Below are positions 47,349 to 58,215 of a stretch of 58,215 nucleotides of DNA, piece after piece (the stretch's first letter is position 1; each line of letters begins with the position of its first letter). The DNA is from Thraustochytrium aureum (Eukaryota). The stretch lies in the NCBI GenBank assembly GCA_012862495.1, contig BLSG01000404.1, positions 1-58,215 on the forward strand. Direction: 5' to 3'. The notes under the pieces were generated by a model that searched no databases, had not been told where the DNA came from, and was given only the letters and a program-made list of their open reading frames with translations. The position numbers and the translations under genes are program-made.

Positions 47349-50300
47349 CTAGGTGGCCTGCCCGAGTGGCACCGCATACGGAGAACACTCAAGAGCCACA
47401 AATAAGCTGATCCCGTTCAGAAGCCACTGCAAGTTGACGGCCTGCGCCTTGCCAGCTGCGATCAGCGCGACGAGTTGACCGAACGCAGGGTCAATCGCAG
47501 CCCGCCCAGGGTCTTGGCAGATGGCGACAACGCGGTCGCAAGCCCCGGGCACAGTGCCAAGCTCGCCGAGGATCGCTGCACCACACCTCTGAACGAGATC
47601 GCGCACGTCCCTCTTTGGCATGTGCGGCGGCTCAAAGGTACCGCACAGGTATATGCCAAAGCCCTTGAGGAGGTCGCGGCCCTGCAACGGCAGACCGTCC
47701 CGGCGCGAGATTGCGAGCCGGGACTTGCGCGGGCCGCCGCGGCCGAGCGCAAGAGACTTGGCGTCGCCCTCCATCTCGTATTCGTCTTCCCGCAACCAGC
47801 GCTGCGCCCGCGCGCTGTCGCGGATCCAGCTGGCGTCGACAATCCATTTTCCACCAAGCAGAGCCCGGACATACTTGAGCGTGCGCGACTTGGCCACCAG
47901 CTGGCCCTCGGAACGTTTGTCGCGCGGGACAACGACGTGGGTCGCCAGATCCGCGTCGCTCGCCTCTACTGTCCCGCCAAGCGACACTATAAACTCTGTC
48001 AACTCGACCTTTTTGCGCTCTGGGTCCTTGCCAAAGTGGCCGGTCAGCAGGATCACCGGGGCTTCGACTTCGGTCCCTGGGCAGACGGACAGGAGGCTTG
48101 AGGCCGGGCTGCGCGAACCGATCCGACCGGCCGGCGTGCCAGCCGAGAAGCGCTTCTTCCGTGACGAACTCGGCACCTCGTCGCCCGCCCTGAGCTCGCC
48201 ATCCACTCCGCTTCGCTCCCCGGAGAGCCGCTTCTTTCGCGACGAGCGCGGAGCCTCATCGTCGTCCCCGCCTACCACGCCCGACGCGGTTTGCTCCCCA
48301 GATAGGCGCTTCGGTCGAACGGCCGGGACCTCCGTTTCGGCTCCGGCGCGCGCTCGCGCTGGCCGGGCAGGCAATGAGGCCGCCTTGCGGTTTGGGATTT
48401 GAACGTACTCAGAAGGGTCAAACATGTCGCGCGCTGGGGTCCTCCGCGCGGGCCGGCCAGTCTCGCGCAGTTTCTCTTCACAGTCGCCAGCGACCGGTGA
48501 CTTTAAGCCAGAGCCGAAAAACGCGCTCGAATTCAAGTTGACGCCAGGCATGATGTGGCGCCAAGACACCCGACGTTCGCGGCCGCCCGCGACTGGGTAT
48601 GTGACGTCGTACGTGTCGCCCTCATGGACTTTGACAATCTTTCCAGCTCCCCCGGGCTTGTTTGACCCGGGTTGCATGCGGCGGCTCACTGTCACCAGGT
48701 CGCCGACAGCGAACGTGCGCTTTTCCGTCAGCGGTGCGGCCGGCGAGGACCTTGATAGTGGTGTTGTTATTGAGCCCGCCCGTGTTGCCGCTGGTGAGCG
48801 TCGAGGGTTGGGCGGCGTGTCCTCGTCCTCGTTGCTTGCGTCCTCGTCCGAGGCGGGCTTCCGCTTCGGTGCGGGCTTCCGCTTCGGTGCTGGCTTCCGC
48901 TTGGGTGCACGCTTGGCCACCTGGGACTGTGGCTCCGCACTCCCATTGGGCATGGCCTGATCGGGTCGTGGGAGTGTCGCAAGCGTTTCGCGGTTGACGC
49001 TGGGGACGGAGGTGGCCATCGAGAAGCGACGCGAGGAGCTCGAGCCCGAGCCGCTTGATGACGCCCCCTCTCGAACACGGGCATGCTCTCGAGCCCCGCC
49101 TTCTCGCTCAATATCCTGGTCTCGCTTCCTGGACTTTGGGGAAGCTGTCGGTGACGAAGCGTTGCTGGCGGCCTGCTCTTCAGCGAGTGCGTCGCTTTCC
49201 CCGACGAAAAGCTTGCACGGCGGCGAATTGCTGAACTGGAACCTTGCCCTTTTCTTGGCCGACCCAGTCAACGCGAGCGAGCCCGGTTGGCGAAGCGCGG
49301 ACTTGCGCGTACCAGATTCAGAACCTCCAGGAGCTGAGCGCAAGGGGGTGCTGTCTTGGACGAGCGGTGCGCATGACGACGTCGCGGAGAGGACAAGCGT
49401 GCGAGGCGTCGTGCTGTCCGTTCGGCCAGAGTGCGGCGTGCGCATGACGGCGGCGAGGGGCGTGCGCAGCGTGCTCCCGCCGTGAGTTGAGCGCTCTCTG
49501 GAGACTGGCTCGACAAGCGCTGCAATCCCTTGCCGGTCGCTGTCAGCACTTGACGACAGAGCTCCCGAAGGGGCGCCAGGCGTGCCAACCGCGCTCACGG
49601 CAAACCTTGCGCCCCCATTCGCGTCCGCAGGCGTTTGCGCCGACCGTGGAGCCGTAACCCTGATGCCCGCGGAGCCGTCTTCCTCGTCCGAAGAATCCAT
49701 GAACGTCAGCATGTCGTTGATGCGGTTTTTCCGCTCTTTTCGGTAGGTTAGAATCTGCTCGCGCGACATCTCGTGCAAGTCGGTGACTTGGCGCGCTTTG
49801 GGGAACACCTGGTCGGGATCTCCGCCAAAGCCCGCCACGAGCTGCGACATCGAGTCGACTTGCGTCATGGCCCCCAAGCCATGCGCTGGGGCGGACACTG
49901 ACGCGGCGCTGGGCTGGTCCTCCTCGTCCTTGCGCGGCGGGCAGAGCTCGCGAAACGCATCTAGGAGTCGGCAAAGCTTGTCGTCGGCGCGCATCTCCCT
50001 TTTCTGCGCTCGCTGCGACGTCAGAGAGGCCTGCCTTGCCCGAGCCATGCAGCAAGCCCTCGCAACTTACCCGGCACGGCCGGCGGCACTGCGGGCAGTT
50101 CTCGCGGATGCTCAACGAAGTCATCAAGCAGCCGCGGCAGAACGTGTGGAGGCACTTTGTCGTGTGCGGGTTCCTTCGCAAGCACGCGCATGTACCGCAA
50201 CGTCAGCAGCGCGCCCTCCCGGCCAGCGCCCGCTCGCCCGCGCCCGCACTTACTGGAAAAACGACTGGCAGATCGAGCAAGTCAGCGTCTGCCCGAACTG

Positions 50301-50429
50301 GTACAGCGCCTTCACAAAGACGCCGACATCCTCGCTCTGCTCCCCAGCGCCCCTGAGCCCAGTGTAGTCCCTCACGAGGCGCTCCGGCGCGGGCGTCGCT
50401 GCGAGCCCTGAGGCCCCGGCCGGCGCCAT
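47349..50429 (-). CDS. RING plus tandem BRCT protein (BRCA1/BARD1-like), two short introns
   Basis: Spliced RING CSIC..CLHTFCRGC..CPQC. Introns 50253-50174 and 50070-~50004/50013, both GTAAGT..CTGAC..AG. Disordered middle region. BRCT pair LLTG..THVV..RTLKY..GKWIVDASW and VNLQWLL. Confidence 0.85.
48853..48910. repeat. 18-bp coding tandem repeat (PKRKPA)x3
   Basis: Three gcgggcttccgcttcggt-like units. Confidence 0.8.
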
Positions 50430-51811
50430 TTTCCACGCGCCAGCCGCAGCCCGCAGCTCCGGCGTGGCTGGCCAGGCAGAACCCCGAGCGGGCCACGCGA
50501 CAGGAGAGCAGACGGCCCTCTCCCGCGGCTCGCTCGCTCCTTCGCCCTTTCGCTCGCTCGCTCTTTCCGATGGCCCGCGACGCTCTGGCGCGCTTCGGCT
50601 CTGCTCACGTGCTCCGGCGACAGATTTTTTTTTTGAAAAACTTGGCCTCTTTGGACCGTGTCTGACAAGCGACTCGTGCAAATCACATTTATCATGCTCG
50701 CTTCTTGCTGGTTTCTTCCCTGGGCGCAGTGGCAGGCCGGGCGTGGGTGGGCTGCCACCGCCAGCTGGCCAGATAGACTCACGCCTTCTTTGCGCGAAAG
50801 CCGTGCCCGGGCTCGTTGGCTCAGCTGTTGTGTTGGGCGCAGATGATGAAGGGCAACCCCTGTCGATTGCAAGTTGCATCCTGCCCGCGCGTGCTGTTCA
50901 TCGAGAGAGCACAGCCTGGTCACATCAGAACCTTTGTTCATGAAGTGTTTGATAATCCATGTGGTTGGTGGTGTTACTCTANNNNNNNNNNNNNNNNNNN
51001 NNNNNNNNNNNNNNNNNNNNNNNNNNNNNNNNNNNNNNNNNNNNNNNNNNNNNNNNNNNNNNNNNNNNNNNNNNNNNNNNNNNNNNNNNNNNNNNNNNNN
51101 NNNNNNNNNNNNNNNNNNNNNNNNNNNNNNNNNNNNNNNNNNNNNNNNNNNNNNNNNNNNNNNNNNNNNNNNNNNNNNNNNNNNNNNNNNNNNNNNNNNN
51201 NNNNNNNNNNNNNNNNNNNNNNNNNNNNNNNNNNNNNNNNNNNNNNNNNNNNNNNNNNNNNNNNNNNNNNNNNNNNNNNNNNNNNNNNNNNNNNNNNNNN
51301 NNNNNNNNNNNNNNNNNNNNNNNNNNNNNNNNNNNNNNNNNNNNNNNNNNNNNNNNNNNNNNNNNNNNNNNNNNNNNNNNNNNNNNNNNNNNNNNNNNNN
51401 NNNNNNNNNNNNNNNNNNNNNNNNNNNNNNNNNNNNNNNNNNNNNNNNNNNNNNNNNNNNNNNNNNNNNNNNNNNNNNNNNNNNNNNNNNNNNNNNNNNN
51501 NNNNNNNNNNNNNNNNNNNNNNNNNNNNNNNNNNNNNNNNNNNNNNNNNNNNNNNNNNNNNNNNNNNNNNNNNNNNNNNNNNNNNNNNNNNNNNNNNNNN
51601 NNNNNNNNNNNNNNNNNNNNNNNNNNNNNNNNNNNNNNNNNNNNNNNNNNNNNNNNNNNNNNNNNNNNNNNNNNNNNNNNNNNNNNNNNNNNNNNNNNNN
51701 NNNNNNNNNNNNNNNNNNNNNNNNNNNNNNNNNNNNNNNNNNNNNNNNNNNNNNNNNNNNNNNNNNNNNNNNNNNNNNNNNNNNNNNNNNNNNNNNNNAA
51801 TCCCGCCGTCA

Positions 51812-51868
51812 TCCTCCTCCTCCTCCTGCTGCTGCAGCAGCCGCTGCTGCTGCTGCTGCTGCTGCTGA
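51812..51868. repeat. (CCT)n/(CTG)n trinucleotide microsatellite
   Basis: Direct reading next to gap 50982-51798. Confidence 0.8.
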
Positions 51869-52333
51869 TCCTCCTCGCCCTCGCTTGCGGCTGCCACGTC
51901 CTCCTTCATCGCGCGCCTTCGGTGGCGCTGGCGCTTCGCCGCCTTGCGCGCCTTCTTCCATCTCCTGCAAAACACTCGAGTCGCCGTCCTGGGCGCCCGC
52001 GCGTTGGCCTCCAGCCGGCACTGCCTTCATCCTGCACTGCAGCGGCGCTTCCGCGCAATGTCGTGAGCTCTTCCGCGGCGCACAAGCCCAAATTCAATCA
52101 CGGCCTCGGCGTCCACCAAGTCCACGTTCGTTCGTGTGCCCTGCTGTCTCTTGGAGCCACTGGAATAGAGCCGTTGAACCGATGCTCGTGGCAGTCCTCG
52201 CGAGGCTCGCCGACCTGGATGCCCAGGAGGCTTGCCCGCTGGCCTGCGCTGGCTGGCTGGCTGGCTGGCTGCGGCGTTTGGGATTGCGCGCGCTGTGGAG
52301 GCGGCCACGCGCGCGTTTTGGGTTTGGTGTGGG

Positions 52334-53539
52334 ATGGACAGGCTCTATGTCGAGGTGCTCGACAAGTTCGCCCTCGACGGTGGCGCTCGGCGAAACGCGC
52401 TGCTCCATGTGCACGAGGCAGATGGCGGCCGCGCGGAAGGGCCTGCGCGCAGGGAGAAAGGGCACGGGGGCGTGCGTGGCGTTGTGGAGGATGTGAGTGC
52501 GTGCGTGTCGAATCAGAGGGCGGAGCTCGAGGCAGACCTCGCGAAGGCGCAACGCAGGGCAGCGTCCGAGCTGCACGCGCGCACGCAAGCCTTGCAGCGC
52601 CGGGCCGAGCAGCTGGACGCCGAGGAAATAGAGCTGGCCCGCCAAGTGGACGGCCCGAAGTGCCGACAGCTCGCCGACGAGTACGCGTTGCTGCAGGGGC
52701 TGCTTCGGACGCAGCAAAAGGCGTCAAAGCCCCGCAGGCGACTGGCCGAGCTGCGGACCGAAATCTTTGAGCTGGAATGCCGCGTGGTGCGAGACTCGCG
52801 GAAGCTCGAGTCGTCCAAGGAGCACACGGTTAAAGAGCTTGAACGCGAGCGCGTGGCGCTTTCGCGCGGGATCATGCAGATGCGGACGCGGAAAGCCGAG
52901 CTCGAGGCGTCCATCCACGCCTACGTGCGCGAAAGCGCTGCCCTGAGGCTCGTCAACCTCGAGACGCGGCTATTAGCTGCAGTCTTTATCCAGGCCATCT
53001 TTCGCGGGTTCTGGGTGCGGCGGCGGCTCCAAGCGTTCCAGGCGGACCAGGCGACGCTGCAAGTGACAGCCAAGCTGCTGTGCCGCAAGCTCACGCTGCA
53101 CATCCCCCTGATCTCTTCGCTTTGGCTCTCCCGAGACCGGCTGCACGGCGCGCTTGAGCCAGAACTTGCTTGCCGGCACTGCTTCCAGGCCTTTGTCAGG
53201 CCTGTGTGGATCACGGCCGGCCCTCACAACGGCACGTCGTTCTGCGAGGGATGCGCCAAGGAGCTGCTTGCTGCGGGCCGCTCCTCCACAGGCAGCTCCG
53301 CAGGCAAGCACGAAGCGGTGGCCAAGAACCGCCTGGTGGCCACACTGCAAGACCGGCTCAAAGACAAACAAGCCTGCTACGAAAAGGTTTGCTGGGAGCT
53401 GGAGCAGGTCAAGACAGAATTGATCCTTCACGACGAGTTTCAAACGCTTCTCACGGCGGGCCTCACGTCCCGCCACTTGGTTGAGCGCATGGCCCTTACT
53501 AGTAAGCCACCAGCAGACGCTGCCTGCGCAGAGACCTAG
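52334..53539 (+). CDS. Coiled-coil protein with IQ motif and degenerate RING-like Cys pairs
   Basis: Long heptad region, AAVFIQAIFRGFWVRR, ELACRHC..FCEGC. ATG 52334. Confidence 0.7.
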   Translation: MDRLYVEVLDKFALDGGARRNALLHVHEADGGRAEGPARREKGHGGVRGVVEDVSACVSNQRAELEADLAKAQRRAASELHARTQALQRRAEQLDAEEIELARQVDGPKCRQLADEYALLQGLLRTQQKASKPRRRLAELRTEIFELECRVVRDSRKLESSKEHTVKELERERVALSRGIMQMRTRKAELEASIHAYVRESAALRLVNLETRLLAAVFIQAIFRGFWVRRRLQAFQADQATLQVTAKLLCRKLTLHIPLISSLWLSRDRLHGALEPELACRHCFQAFVRPVWITAGPHNGTSFCEGCAKELLAAGRSSTGSSAGKHEAVAKNRLVATLQDRLKDKQACYEKVCWELEQVKTELILHDEFQTLLTAGLTSRHLVERMALTSKPPADAACAET

Positions 53540-53625
53540 TCACCTGGGCGTTGGGGCGCCAAGTAGCCGCTGATTTCAGAATTGGTTTTTGTTGCATTCG
53601 GCACTTCTGCAAGTGGGCAGCTACT

Positions 53626-56600
53626 CTACTTTTTCGAGAGCAAGACAAGCGAAGTCATGCCCTTCAGCCACTCCTTTTGCTCCGCCCACACATGCCCCCG
53701 CGAAGTGAGGGCCTGGCGGACGTGGTTGGCTCCGGCAAAGTCGCCGTTCACAATCCCCGTGACAAGCTGCGAGATCTCCGCGAAGAGCGAGTCGGGCACA
53801 CCGCCTGTCATCAGCTTGTCCTTGAGGGCCTGCACAGACTTGTTGGCGTCCACCAGCTTGCGCTTGTCCATGGCTGTTGTGAGCCGTGCCTCGAGGCGTT
53901 GCATATGCTGCTCCAGTTGCTGCATCACCGGAGCCATCTGAGGAGGCATGACCCGAGGCACCTGCGGCTGAGCTTGCGGGGCCTGCTGCCCGACAGGCTG
54001 GGTTGGCTGAGGCGAGTTCGGGTTCCAGACGCCCTGCTGGACAGGCTGCTGCATACCCGGCGCGGCGGCAACTGCTTGAAAGGGCGCGGCCCCAGGCGCA
54101 AGATTGCCGTACTTTTGGCCAGCGACCGGGTTGCCCGCCGTTGAACCGAATCCGTCATTCTCCTTCACGTAAACGCCGCCGCTAGCATTTGACGTTGACA
54201 TGGGCCTCGCCTGCGGCACCGCCGGGGCCGGCTGCTGGTATGGCGCTGCTGGCGTCATTGGGGCCGGCTGCTGGTACGGCGCAGCCGGCGTCATTGGAGC
54301 AGGCTGCTGGTACTGCTGGGAGACCTGAGGCGCGGACGGGTACGTTTGAGGTGCAGGCTGATACTGAGCCTGCATGTGCGGCTGAGGTGCCGGCTGCATT
54401 GGAGCTAGGTTAGGGGACGGGGCGGTGTACGCTGCAACCCCGGGCTGGGCGAACGACGAGCTCGGCGGGTTCGGGGCGGCGTTGTACATCGGCTGCTGGG
54501 GCTGGCCAAAACCTTGACTAGAACCAAAGCTCTGCATACCAGGGCCGTTGGCAAAGCCCCCGTTTACCGCGTGCGTGGTGCTGTGGTCGTTGTACTGCTG
54601 ACCTTGGTCTTGCGCCTGGAGCTCCAAAGGCGTGTTGGACGGAGCTACGCCAATTTCGCGGACCTGGAAAGCGATGGGCCTCTGCGGGAAGAACGCAGCG
54701 AGGGCATACTCGGCGTTTTGGTGGGCGCCGTAGACGCGCTCAGGAGAGCTCGAGGGCGCGCTGGGCTTGCAGGTTGTGTGCGAGGTCGGCTTCCGAAAGG
54801 GGAAGAGGAACACCCTGCTCGTCAAAGGGCTGCTGGGCCGGCACTGTGTCGACGGTGGAGAGGTACTTTGCCGCATAATCGAGAAGACCCTGCGCCGCGA
54901 GCGCCTCGGCGTAGTTGACAAAGTGCTCCATTACGTTCGGGATGGCCATCATAGCCCCCGGGTCCGCCAGCGCGTACTGAAACACGCTCGTTTTTCGCAC
55001 GATGCTCTGCGACAGATGAACCAAGCCGCGGGCCCCAGTGGCCCCGGCGAGACCCTGCTTGACGAGGATCTCCACGGTCTTGTCGACGTTCTTTGCGCAA
55101 ATATAGCAGAGGCAAGCCGCGATGCTTGAGGCCTCGTCCGCCCCCTCCGACTCGAGGCGACCTGCGAGGACCTCGAACAGCCCGCTGACCTGCGCTGACT
55201 TGCCGTATTGCGACACGATCGCCAGGACCTCCTTCCACTTGTCGCCCGTGATGTCAGCGCGCTGCACAAACGTGTCGAGGTCGGTCTGGATCACGGCAGC
55301 CAGGATTGGCATGTAGGGCTTCTTGCTGTAAAAGCGGTCGAGGTAAGTGCGCAGCGTCTCGTCCCAGAGGTCGCTTCCTCCGCAAGAGGCCAGCAGCAGC
55401 GCATCGGCAAAACGGTTGTTCTCCATGCAGCAGTCTACGGCGACGGCAAAGTTGCCGATCAGCAGCGCCTTGTTCACCATGTCATCTACACCAGCGTCCT
55501 GCACCTCGACGTCCTCTAAGCAGACGTCGTTCAGGCTCCGCGCGACGGCAGCAACGGGATCAGCAGCGGGTGCGGCCGCCTCTTCCGGCTCGGCCTCCTG
55601 CGCCTCCGGCGCCGGTGTACCGCCCGTCTCAGACCCGTCGGTGGCGGCGTGGCCCGCGCCGTCCGAAGGTTCAACCTCTTGCGCCTCTTCGGTAGCAATC
55701 GGCTCGTCAAAGGCGCTCAGCGCTCCGCCGGTGCCGTTCAAGCCAAACATGTGCGCCGGGTCTGCGTTGGCAAATCCCGTCTGTGGCGCCGGGGGCTCCT
55801 GTTGCTGCTGCATCATCTGCTGTTCATGCATCACTTGATACTGGTGTTGCTCCTGTTGCTGCCGTTCCTGTTCCTGCTGGAGGCGCAACTGCTCTTCCTC
55901 TGCGGCCTTGGTAGCGCGCTTATCTACGGAGGCGACGAGAGCGGAGATTTGGCCCATGTCGAAGCCCAGCTGTTGAAGAATTTTGTCGCGGGCCGACGGC
56001 TCGAAAAGAATCTTCATGAAGCTCCAAGCCTCCCTTTCGGCCGCTGACGTAGCCGCCGCTGCACGATCGATGCAGAGCTGGATGAGGTTGGTCCAAACGG
56101 GCATGTCCCCTTGGCTCGGGTCGACTTGCTGCTGTTGCATCTGGACATCGGTGTTGTAAGCCTGCGCAAGTGACGCGTCAAAGTCGACACAGGCCTGCGC
56201 CAGCTCGCTGTCGTCCACAACCATCGACATGCGCACGACGCCAGAGCCGGGGCCGTGGGCGGCCGGCGCCGGCTGGCCCGCCGGTGGGGTGGGGCTAGCG
56301 CCAAAGTGGACAAAGTGGCCTCCAAACCCAAACGTGCCGCCACACTTGCGACGCGTCCAGGACGGCGCGCGCAGCGCATACGGCGGCTGGGCCGTGCGCG
56401 CTTTGGCGGTGCAGGTCACGCCACCGCCGCCAGANNNNNNNNNNNNNNNNNNNNNNNNNNNNNNNNNNNNNNNNNNNNNNNNNNNNNNNNNNNNNNNNNN
56501 NNNNNNNNNNNNNNNNNNNNNNNNNNNNNNNNNNNNNNNNNNNNNNNNNNNNNNNNNNNNNNNNNNNNNNNNNNNNNNNNNNNNNNNNNNNNNNNNNNNN

Positions 56601-57564
56601 NNNNNNNNNNNNNNNNNNNNNNNNNNNNNNNNNNNNNNNNNNNNNNNNNNNNNNNNNNNNNNNNNNNNNNNNNNNNNNNNNNNNNNNNNNNNNNNNNNNN
56701 NNNNNNNNNNNNNNNNNNNNNNNNNNNNNNNNNNNNNNNNNNNNNNNNNNNNNNNNNNNNNNNNNNNNNNNNNNNNNNNNNNNNNNNNNNNNNNNNNNNN
56801 NNNNNNNNNNNNNNNNNNNNNNNNNNNNNNNNNNNNNNNNNNNNNNNNNNNNNNNNNNNNNNNNNNNNNNNNNNNNNNNNNNNNNNNNNNNNNNNNNNNN
56901 NNNNNNNNNNNNNNNNNNNNNNNNNNNNNNNNNNNNNNNNNNNNNNNNNNNNNNNNNNNNNNNNNNNNNNNNNNNNNNNNNNNNNNNNNNNNNNNNNNNN
57001 NNNNNNNNNNNNNNNNNNNNNNNNNNNNNNNNNNNNNNNNNNNNNNNNNNNNNNNNNNNNNNNNNNNNNNNNNNNNCCCGGGCCGGCGGGGCTGTACACA
57101 TTGGGTTTTTCGGGAGCGTTCAGGTCGACGATGTAGACCTCGTTGTCGCTGGCCCCGGTCGCCATCAAGTTCTCGGTTCCAGGGTGAGGGTTGAACTGGA
57201 GGCTGTTCACCTTGCTCTTGTGCTTTTCGATCTTGGCCAGCGGCGTGGCCAGTTTCTTGGGGTCCCATACGTTGATGACTCCGTTCTGCATTCCTCCGGC
57301 AACAATGCCCATCCCGGACGGGCCCTTTGCCCCCCACGCGAGGCAGTTGAACCGCGTCGTGGTTTCCGTCTTGCTCAGCTGCCGCGGCTGCTGGTTGTCT
57401 TTGGTGAGGTCGAGCGAGTACACTTCCAGCTCGCCGCCGTAGTCGTCAAAGGTCTGTCCGCCAGCGCCATCCTTTGTCCCGAGTGCGATGATCGACCTGC
57501 CGGTCTTCACCGGGCACCACGCCGTGGTCGCTCCCTTGTCCGCAATTTCCTGCAGCACGGTCAT
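53626..57564 (-). CDS. SEC31: COPII coat protein Sec31 (gap 56435-57076; indel ~54742-54746)
   Basis: N-terminal WD40 (TTAWCP..IALGT..RFNCLAW..LQFNP), APSW..FGFGG, ACE1 ALLIGNF..DALLLA..GGSDLW, Pro/Gln-rich region, C-terminal helical domain KRKLVDA.. Confidence 0.93.
54226..54318. repeat. 36-bp coding tandem repeat (YQQPAPMTPAAP) in the Sec31 Pro-rich region
   Basis: About 2.5 copies in the translation. Confidence 0.75.
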
Positions 57565-57762
57565 TCTCCACCTGCGCCGGCCCCCGCTCGCGTCCCCAGC
57601 CTCCCGTGCTTCCCCGCTCGCCCCACTCGCCGCGCGGCGGCGGCGGCCTCGCCGTCCCTTCGTGCAACCGCCACAACCGGCCGTCAGAGCGCGCCTCGCA
57701 CGCGGGCGTCCGCTCTGCGCGCCCCAACAAAGCCCGCCTGCCTCTACCGCACCAGCCTCTCC

Positions 57763-57828
57763 CGCTGCTGCCTCTCCCGCTGCTGCTGCTGCTGCTGCTG
57801 CTCTGCTGCTGCTGCTCTGCTGCTCTGC
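57763..57828. repeat. (CTG)n microsatellite upstream of SEC31
   Basis: Direct reading. Confidence 0.8.
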
Positions 57829-58215
57829 GCGCCCGCCAGCCGATCGGGGTCTGCTGCATCGCTGCTCGCTCTCCGCAGCCGCACTTCCGGCCAGCTCACC
57901 CTCACAGCCGCTCCTTCCTCCTCGCGCAAATCCAAACCCAATCCGCAACTAAATGCGTAAAGAGTCGAGAGAATTGAGTAAAATCCACGCATCCGCCTGA
58001 GGACCAGACGCCGCGCCTCTCCACTGCGACAGCAGGCCACCGGGGAAACGTAGTTGTGTACCGCCCCTCACGGACTAACAGTATTAATTGGCCGAATTGA
58101 CCGACCGCTGTCCTACGTAATTTGGCCGCACCTATTTGTATTGGCCAGTTTCTGACCTCTCTGTGTCTGCTGCTAATCCTTGCTATGTCCGCTGTTTTCT
58201 TTCACCTTGGAGTCT

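Noticed and set aside
50816..52030. ORFs spanning N-runs; possible minus-strand gene entering the gap
   Set aside because: Their length is an artefact of the Ns, and the visible part is low complexity.

Overview
Gene-dense, GC-rich, intron-poor eukaryotic scaffold from a draft assembly with 11 N-gaps and several single-base indels. Short GT-AG introns occur in two genes. The gene set (PDE6D, dynactin Arp1 and p27, Cdh1, Sec62, Sec31, MnmA, BRCA1-like) points to a probably flagellated protist; a stramenopile is my inference, not proven. The standout is a ~16.5 kb AT-less (trans-AT-type) modular type I polyketide synthase at 6235-22745 (+), broken in the assembly by at least 7 indels and 4 gaps. 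Its domain order is GNAT-ACP | KS-KR-ACP | KS-KR-ACP | KS-DH-KR-ACP | KS-(DH0)-cMT-KR(Tyr>His)-ACP-TE(Cys nucleophile). Its 3' end lies on an ungapped stretch with clearly eukaryotic genes. Upstream are a divergent BioD/Pta-N-like P-loop gene and an intact Sola3-like DDD transposase. Downstream are housekeeping genes and a head-to-head pair of diverged vWA proteins. I saw no rRNA, tRNA or CRISPR features. All calls come from motif recognition by eye, without database searches.
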